This document shows, in pieces, positions 1 through 9,653 of a DNA stretch of 64,000 nt. Location: contig JALHMH010000003.1 in the NCBI GenBank assembly GCA_022844165.1, forward strand, positions 96,001 to 160,000, read 5' to 3'. The notes under the pieces are model-generated. The model saw only the letters and a program-made list of their open reading frames with translations. It made no database searches and had not been told where the DNA came from. This DNA is from Lysobacterales bacterium. Its GTDB lineage: Bacteria > Pseudomonadota > Gammaproteobacteria > Xanthomonadales > SZUA-5. The first letter of the stretch is position 1, and each line of letters begins with the position of its first letter. A program made the translations under genes and the position numbers.

Positions 1-688
1 CCTCGCAACTGGCAGGACCCGCATTCGATGCATCGTTGTGGGAGATATGGCCTTATTTGTCAGCGGGCGGAACCGTGAGCGCGGTTCCTGCGGAGATTCG
101 TGTGAATCCCGAGGCCTTGATCCTCTGGCTGAGTGCGCATGGGATGACCCACGCATTTATGCCAACGCCTTTGGGCGAAGCGTGTTTAGACGAACCCTGG
201 CCCGAGTCGACGCGACTTAAGACTCTGCTGGTCGGCGGGGACGTGCTGCATCGTCGTCCGCGAAGCGGCTTGCCGTTCCGGCTGTACAACGCATACGGGC
301 CGACCGAGGGGACGGTCGTATCGACGTGCGATGAGGTGCTGTCCGATGAGATCGGATTGCCGCCGATCGGCAGGCCGATCGACAACGTCCGCGTATACGT
401 GCTCGATGCCCATGGCGAGCCGGTGCCGATCGGGGTGGCAGGCGAGCTGTGCATCGCTGGGCGAGGCCTGGCGCGTGGCTACCGCGGCGACGAGCAGCGC
501 ACGGCGGAGCAGTTCGTGGAGCATGGCGAGTTCGCGGGCGGGCGCGTGTACCGTTCTGGCGATCGGGCACGATTTCGTGCCGATGGACGCCTGGAATTTT
601 TAGGTCGTTTGGATGCGCAAATCAAGTTGCGTGGTATGCGTATCGAACCGGGCGAAATTGAGGCCGAACTGCTCGCCATTGAAGGGGT
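1..688 (+). repeat. Copy 1 of a near-identical A-domain segment (partner at 6504-7191)
   Basis: Reads identically to 6504-7191 at an offset of 6503 nt; the only differences I found are two synonymous changes near 600-605. Confidence 0.95.
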
Positions 689-1307
689 TCGTCGAGCAGT
701 CGTGGTCCTGGACACTTTCGGTGGGCGCGATCCGCAGCTTGTTGCCTATCTTGAATGGGCGTCGGCAGAGGGCGGTCAAGCCGATTGCAACACCGACCTG
801 CGTACGAAACTCAAGGGGCGTCTGCCAGCCCCGATGGTCCCGTCACACATCGTGTCTGTTGAACGGGTACCGCAGACTGCCAATGGAAAGATAGACCTGC
901 GGCAACTCAAAGCCGTGAACCGAGAGAACAACTTATCGGCAAATCTGGTGCCAGTTGGAGACGCCGAGACACTTGTAGCTGAAATTTGGACCAAGCTGCT
1001 CGGAGCCGCTTCCATCCATCCTCAGTCGGATTTCTTCGATCTTGGTGGCCACTCAATTCTCGCGGCAAAGATCGCCACTCGCTTGGAGAGGATCTTGCGA
1101 ATTCATGTGCCTTTGCAGCTGATGTTCGACCATAGAACTCTTCGGGAATTCGTCACAGCACTAGCCGAGCGTGTCGGTGGGCGAACACGACTGGAGCACA
1201 TCGCGGGGATCTACAAGCGAATCGAAAGCATGAGCACCGCCGAAGCGCGAGCAACTCTCGGCGACGGCGACATGTCACTCGCAGAACTTCAAGATACAGG
1301 TAGGTAG
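1..1307 (+). CDS. NRPS, 3' part (adenylation domain C-terminal half + PCP + C-terminal docking helix); runs in from the left edge of the window
   Basis: A-domain motifs FDASLWE, NAYGPTE, GELCIAGRGLARGY, YRSGD, QIKLRGMRIEPGEIE, NGKID; PCP motif FFDLGGHS; frame open from base 1. Confidence 0.95.
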   Translation, partial: SQLAGPAFDASLWEIWPYLSAGGTVSAVPAEIRVNPEALILWLSAHGMTHAFMPTPLGEACLDEPWPESTRLKTLLVGGDVLHRRPRSGLPFRLYNAYGPTEGTVVSTCDEVLSDEIGLPPIGRPIDNVRVYVLDAHGEPVPIGVAGELCIAGRGLARGYRGDEQRTAEQFVEHGEFAGGRVYRSGDRARFRADGRLEFLGRLDAQIKLRGMRIEPGEIEAELLAIEGVRRAVVVLDTFGGRDPQLVAYLEWASAEGGQADCNTDLRTKLKGRLPAPMVPSHIVSVERVPQTANGKIDLRQLKAVNRENNLSANLVPVGDAETLVAEIWTKLLGAASIHPQSDFFDLGGHSILAAKIATRLERILRIHVPLQLMFDHRTLREFVTALAERVGGRTRLEHIAGIYKRIESMSTAEARATLGDGDMSLAELQDTGR

Positions 1308-1309
1308 CT

Positions 1310-4300
1310 ATGAGCGAAACACTCACGCCCGAGAAAGAGAAATTGCTTGCCAAGCTACTTGGCGATCACGGAGCGACCGGCAAATGGCATCGGATCGTCA
1401 GGGGAACGGATGGCCCTGAACATCCGCAGTCCTTCGCTCAGCGAATGCTGTGGTTCCAGTATTTGCTTCGCCCATACTCGTCCGCCTACAACATCCACAG
1501 TGCCACACGGCTCCGCGGGCCGCTTCAGGTTCAAGCCCTGAATCTGGCCGTTAACGCGGTCGTGGCTCGGCATGAACCCTTGAGGACCCTGTTCGACGAA
1601 GACAACGGCCTGCCGATACAACGCGTGTCCGCGAGCCTGGAATTGACCGTGCCTACCATCGACCTCACACACTTCGATGAGGAACGAAAGATGGCAGAAG
1701 CGATGCGGCTCATCCATGGCGAGGCCGTGCGGCCTTTCGACCTGCGAAGGGGCCCATTGTTGCGATTGCACCTGATCAAACTCTCAACGCAGGAGCACAT
1801 CTTACTCTTCAATGTCCATCATATCGTTGCGGATGGATGGTCGTTGGGCGTGTTGGCTGGAGAAGTTTCGGAGATCTATCGCGCCAAAATTGAGGGGCAA
1901 GAAGCAAAGCTTGCTGGACTACCCATCCGCTATGCGGATTACGCCCGCTGGCAGCACAAAACGCTGAAAGGGCAAACTCTCGAATCACTGCTCTCATTCT
2001 GGAAGTCGTCGCTCCAGGATGCGCCGCCGATTCTGCAACTGCCCTACAAACGTAGCAACGGTACGACCTCAGCGGACCACGGCTCGGGAATGAGCTTTAG
2101 AGTCGAATACAGAACGACCGAGCTGTTGCGAAAGGCGGCGGGTCGTTCCGGCGCCAGTTTGTTCATGATTCTGTTTGCAACTTATGCCGTTTTGCTCCGC
2201 CGATATTCTGGTCAGGACGACATTGTCATCGGAACCCCCATCGCTGGCCGCCATTCGGAGGAAATGGAGCCGTTGATTGGTCATTTCGTAAACATGTTGG
2301 CCATTCGAGTACGGCTGACCGGTGCACTTGCTTTTGCCGACCTGTTGCTTGATGCAAGAGCAGCTTGTTTGGCAGCGTTTGAACATCAAGCCCTGCCGTT
2401 CGACCGACTGGTCGAGGAGCTTGCTCCAGATCGGAACGTATTGTTTCCACCGATCTTTCAAGCCGTTTTTTCTCTCCAGAATGCACCTGGTGAGCCGCTT
2501 TCGCTGGCGGATTTGAGTGCCACCAGAGTTGAGTACGAACTTAAGCTCGCGAAGTTTCCTATCGCTCTGGACCTTGAAGAGTCGAATGGCGGCCTTGACG
2601 GCGTGTTTCAATTCTCGACAGCACACCTCGATGAAAGCGTCGTTCGCGCCATGATGAGCGACTATCAACGAATGTTGGAGACGATAGCCGTTCAGGTAAA
2701 CGTCGACGTTCGCAGTCTCTCGGCGCCAGATCGCGCCACATATCGGCGTGTGGTCGACGAGTTCAATCGAACGGAACTGGCAATAACTTACCCTGGCGGT
2801 CTGCATGTGCTTTTCGAACGCCAGGCAGAGCTCACGCCGAATTCGGTGGCCGTGGAAGCCGGCGCAAACAAGCGTACTTACGCTGACGTCAACTCGGGTG
2901 CCGACAGGTTCGCTCATGCGCTTGTTGGCCGCAGGGTCAACCGTGGCGATGTCGTTGGCGTTTTGCTCCCACGCTCACCGGTCCTGATCGAAGCGCTCCT
3001 GGGCATCTTAAAGTCCGGAGCAACGTATCTGCCGATGGACCCGGCATATCCCGATGAGCGACTGAGGCTGCTGTTGGCAGACAGCGGTGCGGTCGGCGTC
3101 GTCACCAATGCCGAACTAGGCGCCCGTTTGCCGCATCGGGACAGTTTCTGGAAGCTCTCCAGCGAAATGCTCGAAGAACCACCCGGGCCTGTCGAAAGCA
3201 CTCGGGTTGACCCGGAGCAGGCGGCCTATCTTATCTATACGTCTGGATCTACCGGGCAACCAAAAGGCGTGATCATTGAGCATCAAAACGCCGTCGCACT
3301 TCTGAATTGGGCGTGGACTGCTTATGGCCGCGACGAGCTGTCCCGCGTTCTGGCATCGACGTCGATTTGCTTTGACCTTTCAGTGTTCGAGATCTTCGTG
3401 CCGCTTAGCGTCGGCGGTTGCGTGGTTGTTGTAGACAGCGCGCTGGACTTGGCGGAAAGCCATCGAGTCACTCTCCTGAACACCGTGCCCTCGATCATGA
3501 CCGAGTTGATTCGGTTCGATCGCTTGCCTTCCAGTGTGCGCACCGTCAACCTGGCTGGAGAGGCTCTGCCGCTTTCCCTGGTTAAGGATATCGAGCGCAT
3601 ATCGCCTCACGTCAGGTTGTTGAACTTGTATGGCCCGTCGGAAGACACCACCTACTCAACATGGCACGAAGTCGACCCGAGCGAGGATGTGGCGCCACCG
3701 ATAGGTCGCCCGATCGCCAATACCCAAGCCTATGTGCTGGACGCCGACATGAACCCGGTTCCGTTGGGCGTGACTGGCGAGATCTACCTGGGTGGCGCTG
3801 GCGTAGCGCGCGGTTACCTGGGGCGACCGGAATTGACCAAAGAGCGTTTCGTGAATGATCCTTTTTCAGGTCAGCCTAAGGCACGACTTTACAAGACGGG
3901 AGATCGCGGTCGCCAGCGCAGCGACGGCACCCTTGAGTACTTAGGCCGCGGGGATGGCCAAGTTAAGATCAGGGGTTGCCGCATTGAACTCGCCGAAGTG
4001 GAGGTCGTCGCTGAAGCCTGCGCACCAGGTTTTCGCGTAGTTGTCGATTTCTCGGATGCCGACTCATCGAACGGTCGCCGCCTGATTGGTTTCCTCGAAT
4101 GCGGCATCGACGCTGCGCCGGCCGAAAGAGACTTGATCTCCAAACTCCGATCGCGCCTGCCGGAAGTGATGGTGCCAACAGAATGGTCTTTCGTCGAGAC
4201 ATTCCCGCGCAACAGCAACGGCAAAATCGACCGGGCCAAATTGCGGCTTTCGCTGCCCTTAGGTTCGATTGAACGCGATGAATCCGAATATCGTCCACCG

Positions 4301-7300
4301 GTGACCGAGTTGCAAAAACAGATGGTGGAGATCTGGGAGCGTGTACTGGACCGGGACCGAATCGGTATTGGCGACAATTTCTTCGACCTGGGCGGTCACT
4401 CGCTCCTTGCGACGCAGGTTGTTTCGCGGCTGCGAAAGACCACGGCGGTAGAACTGCCGCTTCAGACCATCTTCGAATTTCCTACGATCGAGACCCTGTG
4501 CCTGAACATTGAGGGGAACAGTTGGGCAAGCACAGTTCCGCCGCCGCCATTGTTGCCGTTGGCGATGGACGAAAGTCAGCCGAAAACCGTAGTTCAGTCG
4601 TTTGCCCAGCAGAGGCTTTGGTTCCTGGATCAGCTTGAACCTGGCAGCACCGCCTATTTGGTCGGCATTGCCATGAAAATGACTGGCTTCCTGGATCTTC
4701 GCGTTCTGCAGTCATGCTTCGATGCTCTGGTGGAACGCCATGAAGCATTAAGAACAGTTTTTGACGTCCAGAATGACCAGATGGTGCAGATCGTACTTCC
4801 CCCAACCTCGCCGCTCATATCAATTGCAAATCTGGACGCACTGCCCGAATCGGAGCGTGACGATCGCGCCAGACAACTCATGAAGGAGGAAGTCGAACGG
4901 CCGATGAACCTGCAAACAGGACCGTTGTTGCGGGTTAATCTCATTCGCTTGTCGGCCGAACACCATCTGCTGCAGATTACCACGCATCACATTGTCAACG
5001 ATGCGTGGTCAATTGGTGTGCTGGTCGACGAACTCTCGGTTCGTTATCGAGCCGGTATCGAAGGCAACCCGGCTTCGCTTCAGCCACTAGCCATCCAATA
5101 CACTGATTTTGCTGCCTGGCAAAAAGAGTGGATCCAGTTTGGCGTTCTGGAGGCCTTGCTTCACTACTGGCGACAGCGCCTCGAAGGCGCGCCGGACACG
5201 GTGGCGCTTCCCTTTGACCGCCCCCGACATGTTTCGCGCGGCTTTCGGGGGGCTCGGGTTGGTTTCGCATTCGATTCGGCCACCACATCGTCACTTCAGG
5301 CGCTTGCAAAAGCCAATAACGCAACACTATTTATTGTCTTGCTCGCGGCTTTCAAGGCGCTTTTGTTTCGGTATACCGGCCAGGACGATATGGTGGTTGG
5401 ATCGCCAATCGCCAACCGCAATCGCGACGAACTCGAGCCGCTGATCGGTTTCTTTGTGAATACGCTTGTACTCAGGACCGATTTGTCGGGAGATCCAGAT
5501 TTTCGTAAGACCATTTCCCGAGTTCGGGATGTCGCGCTCGGCGCATATGCACATCAGGACCTTCCGTTCGAGAAGTTGGTGGAGCAGCTGGGGCCCGAGC
5601 GGCGCTGGGGGCGTTCACCGTTGTTTCAAGTGATGTTCGTTCTACAAAATGCTCCTGCGGGAGAATTGTCGCTTCCGGGATTGAAGCTCTCGCCGGTCAG
5701 GTTAGAAAACACGACGGCAAAGTTCGACCTTAGTCTCCATATCCAGCAGGTCGGCGATCGGATCGAAGGCGAGTGTGAATTCAGCAGCGACCTGTTCGAA
5801 ACATCAACGATCACACGGATGATGTCGCACTATCAAGGACTGGTCGCCGCGGTATTGGAGGACCCGAGTCGGCGATTGTCGCAACTTAAGTTGTTGTCTT
5901 CCTCGGAACACGACAATTTGCGGCAGTGGGGAGAAGGCAGGAAGGGCGAAGTCGTTGGGACAGTGTTGTCCTGGTTCGATGCGTTGGTGTTATCGGATGC
6001 AGGTTCACCGGCGCTGGTTGAGGATGGTGAGACGGTGAGCTATGGCTCGTTGCACACCCGGTCTTTGCATTTGGCGCAGACGCTGGCGGCGCGCGGGGTC
6101 GGCGATTCTGGCATCGTAGGTTTGGCGTTGTCAGGTTTAGTCGATCGTGTAACGGCGATGTTGGCGTCGTGGCGCTTGGGGGCGGCCTTTTTGCCGTTGG
6201 ATTTATCCCACCCGCAAGCACGGTTGCATTGGATGCTGGAGGATGCTGGTGCGGTGATGGTGCTGGCGCGTGGCGATATTGGGTGGGACAAGAGCCGAAC
6301 GCTGGACCTGTATGGAATCCAATGGCCCGAGGGTGCTATGGCAGTAGTGCCTGCTGTGGATCTGCCGGCCGGGTTGCTCGCCTATGTGATCTACACGTCC
6401 GGGTCCAGCGGTCGACCCAAATGCGTGGAGATCGACCATAGTGGCCTGGCGAATTTGGTGGTCTGGCACAACAGGACATTCGCGGTAGACAAGACCAGTA
6501 TGGCCTCGCAACTGGCAGGACCCGCATTCGATGCATCGTTGTGGGAGATATGGCCTTATTTGTCAGCGGGCGGAACCGTGAGCGCGGTTCCTGCGGAGAT
6601 TCGTGTGAATCCCGAGGCCTTGATCCTCTGGCTGAGTGCGCATGGGATGACCCACGCATTTATGCCAACGCCTTTGGGCGAAGCGTGTTTAGACGAACCC
6701 TGGCCCGAGTCGACGCGACTTAAGACTCTGCTGGTCGGCGGGGACGTGCTGCATCGTCGTCCGCGAAGCGGCTTGCCGTTCCGGCTGTACAACGCATACG
6801 GGCCGACCGAGGGGACGGTCGTATCGACGTGCGATGAGGTGCTGTCCGATGAGATCGGATTGCCGCCGATCGGCAGGCCGATCGACAACGTCCGCGTATA
6901 CGTGCTCGATGCCCATGGCGAGCCGGTGCCGATCGGGGTGGCAGGCGAGCTGTGCATCGCTGGGCGAGGCCTGGCGCGTGGCTACCGCGGCGACGAGCAG
7001 CGCACGGCGGAGCAGTTCGTGGAGCATGGCGAGTTCGCGGGCGGGCGCGTGTACCGTTCTGGCGATCGGGCACGATTTCGTGCCGATGGACGCCTGGAAT
7101 TTCTAGGCCGTTTGGATGCGCAAATCAAGTTGCGTGGTATGCGTATCGAACCGGGCGAAATTGAGGCCGAACTGCTCGCCATTGAAGGGGTATCTGAAGC
7201 ACTCGTGGTTGCTGATGACATCTTCACGAATACAAAGCGCCTCGTCGCTTATGTGGTTCCAGCCGCCCATGCGAATCCTGATGTCGACAACCTGCTGGAG

Positions 7301-8635
7301 TCCCTGAGACTGAAACTGCCAGAACACATGGTGCCGACTTCGGTGGTCTTCCTGGACCGGATTCCGGTGACAGCGAACGGTAAGTTGGATCGCACTGCTC
7401 TGCCTTCCCCGAGCCTGCGTCACGCAGACTTTATTGACACCGTATTGCCACCCAGGGACGCGATTGAGCGGGCGCTTGTCGAGATCTGGGAAGAGTTGCT
7501 GGGCGTCAGTCCGATTGGCATATCCCAGAACTTCTTTGCGTTGGGCGGACACTCGCTTCTGGCGGCCCGACTGCAGGGCGCGCTGCGCGAACGATTCGGT
7601 CTGACCGTTCCTTTCCATGCGCTCTTCCAGAATGCGACGATTTCAAACCTGTCCGAGTTCATTCGCGCTCACCACGACGGAGAGACGCGCCCCAGCAACG
7701 CCGTCCGCCCAACCGAACCGGTGAAAGATGGTCAGCAAGCTGGATTCTGGAGTCGATTGAAACAGGTTTTCAGGAGTTCACGACGGCCACCCAAAAGTTC
7801 GGATCCCGCACGGACGTTGAGTGCTGAGGAAGTCAAGCGTGTGCTCGTCTCTTTACAAGAGGGCGACCCAGGAGCAGCGACACTGGTGCTGATCCATCCG
7901 GTCGCGGGGCGCGTGTTCTGTTATGGCGAGCTGGTAGCGGCACTCGGAAAGCAATGCCGGATTTTCGGCCTGGAATCAACGCATTTGCCGAAAGAGGAAC
8001 GGTCGATCGAGACGCTTGCCGACTACTACGCCACCGTCATTGGCTCGCTTGCAGAAATGCAGCGTGAGTACCACATACTCGGGTGGTCGCTCGGGGGACT
8101 CGTCGCGTTCGATGCCGCCCGCCTCCTTTACAAAAGGGGAAATCCCCCGAAGAACGTCGTTTTGATCGATAGCTTTCCGACCGAGCTGAACCGAGCTGAC
8201 GATTCATCCGAGGAGTCGCTACTTGCGCAATATGCGGCCGACCTGGCGGCACAATACGGACAAGTCACCATCGAGTTACCCTCGCCTCCGTCGGCAACAT
8301 CGGAGGGATTCGACGTGCTCTGGCAGACGCTTATTGCCGCAGGCATTGATATCGACCGGCAAATACTCGAATCCAGTTGGCAGGAGTATCGCATTAATAG
8401 AAAGGCGTGGGCTCGTTTCAAACCAGAGAATTACGCGGGCAGAGTGCATTTGATCACCGCTACCGAAACACTCGAGACGCAAAAACGCACTCCATTGAAG
8501 ATCTGGGGTTCCCTGGCCAACGGCGGCTTTGGAATCGACGTCCTGCCTGGAAATCATTACACCCTTTTGAAATCTCCATTGGTTCATGTCGTCGCAAATC
8601 GCCTGGATCAAATTATAAGAACATCCCCGCCTTAA
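1310..8635 (+). CDS. Two-module terminal NRPS: C-A-PCP-C-A-PCP-TE (2441 aa)
   Basis: C domains HHIVADGWS and HHIVNDAWS; A domains YTSGSTGQPKG and YTSGSSGRPK; PCPs FFDLGGHSL and FFALGGHSL; thioesterase GWSLGG ... PGNHY. Confidence 0.97.
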   Translation: MSETLTPEKEKLLAKLLGDHGATGKWHRIVRGTDGPEHPQSFAQRMLWFQYLLRPYSSAYNIHSATRLRGPLQVQALNLAVNAVVARHEPLRTLFDEDNGLPIQRVSASLELTVPTIDLTHFDEERKMAEAMRLIHGEAVRPFDLRRGPLLRLHLIKLSTQEHILLFNVHHIVADGWSLGVLAGEVSEIYRAKIEGQEAKLAGLPIRYADYARWQHKTLKGQTLESLLSFWKSSLQDAPPILQLPYKRSNGTTSADHGSGMSFRVEYRTTELLRKAAGRSGASLFMILFATYAVLLRRYSGQDDIVIGTPIAGRHSEEMEPLIGHFVNMLAIRVRLTGALAFADLLLDARAACLAAFEHQALPFDRLVEELAPDRNVLFPPIFQAVFSLQNAPGEPLSLADLSATRVEYELKLAKFPIALDLEESNGGLDGVFQFSTAHLDESVVRAMMSDYQRMLETIAVQVNVDVRSLSAPDRATYRRVVDEFNRTELAITYPGGLHVLFERQAELTPNSVAVEAGANKRTYADVNSGADRFAHALVGRRVNRGDVVGVLLPRSPVLIEALLGILKSGATYLPMDPAYPDERLRLLLADSGAVGVVTNAELGARLPHRDSFWKLSSEMLEEPPGPVESTRVDPEQAAYLIYTSGSTGQPKGVIIEHQNAVALLNWAWTAYGRDELSRVLASTSICFDLSVFEIFVPLSVGGCVVVVDSALDLAESHRVTLLNTVPSIMTELIRFDRLPSSVRTVNLAGEALPLSLVKDIERISPHVRLLNLYGPSEDTTYSTWHEVDPSEDVAPPIGRPIANTQAYVLDADMNPVPLGVTGEIYLGGAGVARGYLGRPELTKERFVNDPFSGQPKARLYKTGDRGRQRSDGTLEYLGRGDGQVKIRGCRIELAEVEVVAEACAPGFRVVVDFSDADSSNGRRLIGFLECGIDAAPAERDLISKLRSRLPEVMVPTEWSFVETFPRNSNGKIDRAKLRLSLPLGSIERDESEYRPPVTELQKQMVEIWERVLDRDRIGIGDNFFDLGGHSLLATQVVSRLRKTTAVELPLQTIFEFPTIETLCLNIEGNSWASTVPPPPLLPLAMDESQPKTVVQSFAQQRLWFLDQLEPGSTAYLVGIAMKMTGFLDLRVLQSCFDALVERHEALRTVFDVQNDQMVQIVLPPTSPLISIANLDALPESERDDRARQLMKEEVERPMNLQTGPLLRVNLIRLSAEHHLLQITTHHIVNDAWSIGVLVDELSVRYRAGIEGNPASLQPLAIQYTDFAAWQKEWIQFGVLEALLHYWRQRLEGAPDTVALPFDRPRHVSRGFRGARVGFAFDSATTSSLQALAKANNATLFIVLLAAFKALLFRYTGQDDMVVGSPIANRNRDELEPLIGFFVNTLVLRTDLSGDPDFRKTISRVRDVALGAYAHQDLPFEKLVEQLGPERRWGRSPLFQVMFVLQNAPAGELSLPGLKLSPVRLENTTAKFDLSLHIQQVGDRIEGECEFSSDLFETSTITRMMSHYQGLVAAVLEDPSRRLSQLKLLSSSEHDNLRQWGEGRKGEVVGTVLSWFDALVLSDAGSPALVEDGETVSYGSLHTRSLHLAQTLAARGVGDSGIVGLALSGLVDRVTAMLASWRLGAAFLPLDLSHPQARLHWMLEDAGAVMVLARGDIGWDKSRTLDLYGIQWPEGAMAVVPAVDLPAGLLAYVIYTSGSSGRPKCVEIDHSGLANLVVWHNRTFAVDKTSMASQLAGPAFDASLWEIWPYLSAGGTVSAVPAEIRVNPEALILWLSAHGMTHAFMPTPLGEACLDEPWPESTRLKTLLVGGDVLHRRPRSGLPFRLYNAYGPTEGTVVSTCDEVLSDEIGLPPIGRPIDNVRVYVLDAHGEPVPIGVAGELCIAGRGLARGYRGDEQRTAEQFVEHGEFAGGRVYRSGDRARFRADGRLEFLGRLDAQIKLRGMRIEPGEIEAELLAIEGVSEALVVADDIFTNTKRLVAYVVPAAHANPDVDNLLESLRLKLPEHMVPTSVVFLDRIPVTANGKLDRTALPSPSLRHADFIDTVLPPRDAIERALVEIWEELLGVSPIGISQNFFALGGHSLLAARLQGALRERFGLTVPFHALFQNATISNLSEFIRAHHDGETRPSNAVRPTEPVKDGQQAGFWSRLKQVFRSSRRPPKSSDPARTLSAEEVKRVLVSLQEGDPGAATLVLIHPVAGRVFCYGELVAALGKQCRIFGLESTHLPKEERSIETLADYYATVIGSLAEMQREYHILGWSLGGLVAFDAARLLYKRGNPPKNVVLIDSFPTELNRADDSSEESLLAQYAADLAAQYGQVTIELPSPPSATSEGFDVLWQTLIAAGIDIDRQILESSWQEYRINRKAWARFKPENYAGRVHLITATETLETQKRTPLKIWGSLANGGFGIDVLPGNHYTLLKSPLVHVVANRLDQIIRTSPP
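6504..7191 (+). repeat. Copy 2 of a near-identical A-domain segment (partner at 1-688)
   Basis: Same shadow ORFs recur in the six-frame track (e.g. 38..220 and 6541..6723); identity ends after ...attgaaggggt. Confidence 0.95.
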
Positions 8636-8797
8636 TGACCGCGAATATCCTGGTCGACAAGTATAGAAACCTGTTCTCAAAAAACGATAAGCCGGCAAAA
8701 TCACCGGCGCAGCCACACAACCAGTCGCAGCAATTTTTCTGCCCGCGCTACAGACCTTGTGACACGTAGTTGGATCATTGAAAACCGGAGGTAGCTT

Positions 8798-9592
8798 ATG
8801 AAAGTCCGAGAAAAAGAAGTTGCCCTGCGGCCGAAAAAACCGTGGTTCTCTCACGATGGCGGGTCGTTCGAAGGCGCGGAGCCTTTCTACTTCGAAACCT
8901 CGGGTTTTCCGTGGGTGGCGCGCATCGAACAACACTGGGAGACCATCCGCGACGAACTTGTGGGTCTGGCAAATGAACACAATGACAGTCTGCAGCCCTA
9001 TGCGAACACATCGATGATCTCACGGCCGAAAAGCTGGAAGACTTTTGGGTTGATGTTCTGGTCAATCGTCACTCGGAAGAACTGCATAAAGGCGCCCAAG
9101 ACATGGGCGTTATTGAAGACGATTCCCAATATTACCGCAGCGTCCTTCAACTTGCTCGAGCCTGGTGCCACGATAAAGCCCCACAATGGGGATACTAATG
9201 CAATTATTCGTTGCCATCTCGGGTTGGTAGTTCCGGGAACTGCGCCGCAGTGTGCTTTTCGCGTAGGCAGCGAAATTAGAGGCTGGGAAGAGGGCAAGTT
9301 CCTTATGTTCTGCGACGCGCATGAGCACACGGCTTGGAATAATACCAACCAGCTGCGATATATATTAGTTGTTGATGTGATGAGACCCGAATACGCGGCT
9401 CGATCACGAGCGATTTCGGCTCGAGTGTTGGCTTCCATCAATATGCAAATTTGTTACCAGAATTTTGAGTGGCTCCGCCGCCTGTTTGGGAGTGAACGTG
9501 CCCGGAGGATGGTATTCGCGCTTTTCCGTCTTTTCCATAACATACAGCTCCTGGTATGGCTTCCTGCATCGAATAAGCTGCTCCGTTCCTAG
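8798..9592 (+). CDS. Aspartyl/asparaginyl beta-hydroxylase family Fe(II)/2-oxoglutarate dioxygenase
   Basis: LEPGATIKPHNGD, IRCHLGL, WEEGKFLMFCDAHEHTAWN, RYILVVD motifs; RBS ggagg upstream. Confidence 0.88.
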   Translation: MKVREKEVALRPKKPWFSHDGGSFEGAEPFYFETSGFPWVARIEQHWETIRDELVGLANEHNDSLQPYANTSMISRPKSWKTFGLMFWSIVTRKNCIKAPKTWALLKTIPNITAASFNLLEPGATIKPHNGDTNAIIRCHLGLVVPGTAPQCAFRVGSEIRGWEEGKFLMFCDAHEHTAWNNTNQLRYILVVDVMRPEYAARSRAISARVLASINMQICYQNFEWLRRLFGSERARRMVFALFRLFHNIQLLVWLPASNKLLRS

Positions 9593-9653
9593 CGTTCTTA
9601 AGACGATCCCAAAAAATCACTGAACTTGTTTTCTGGCGAGCCAACGACTTCTA

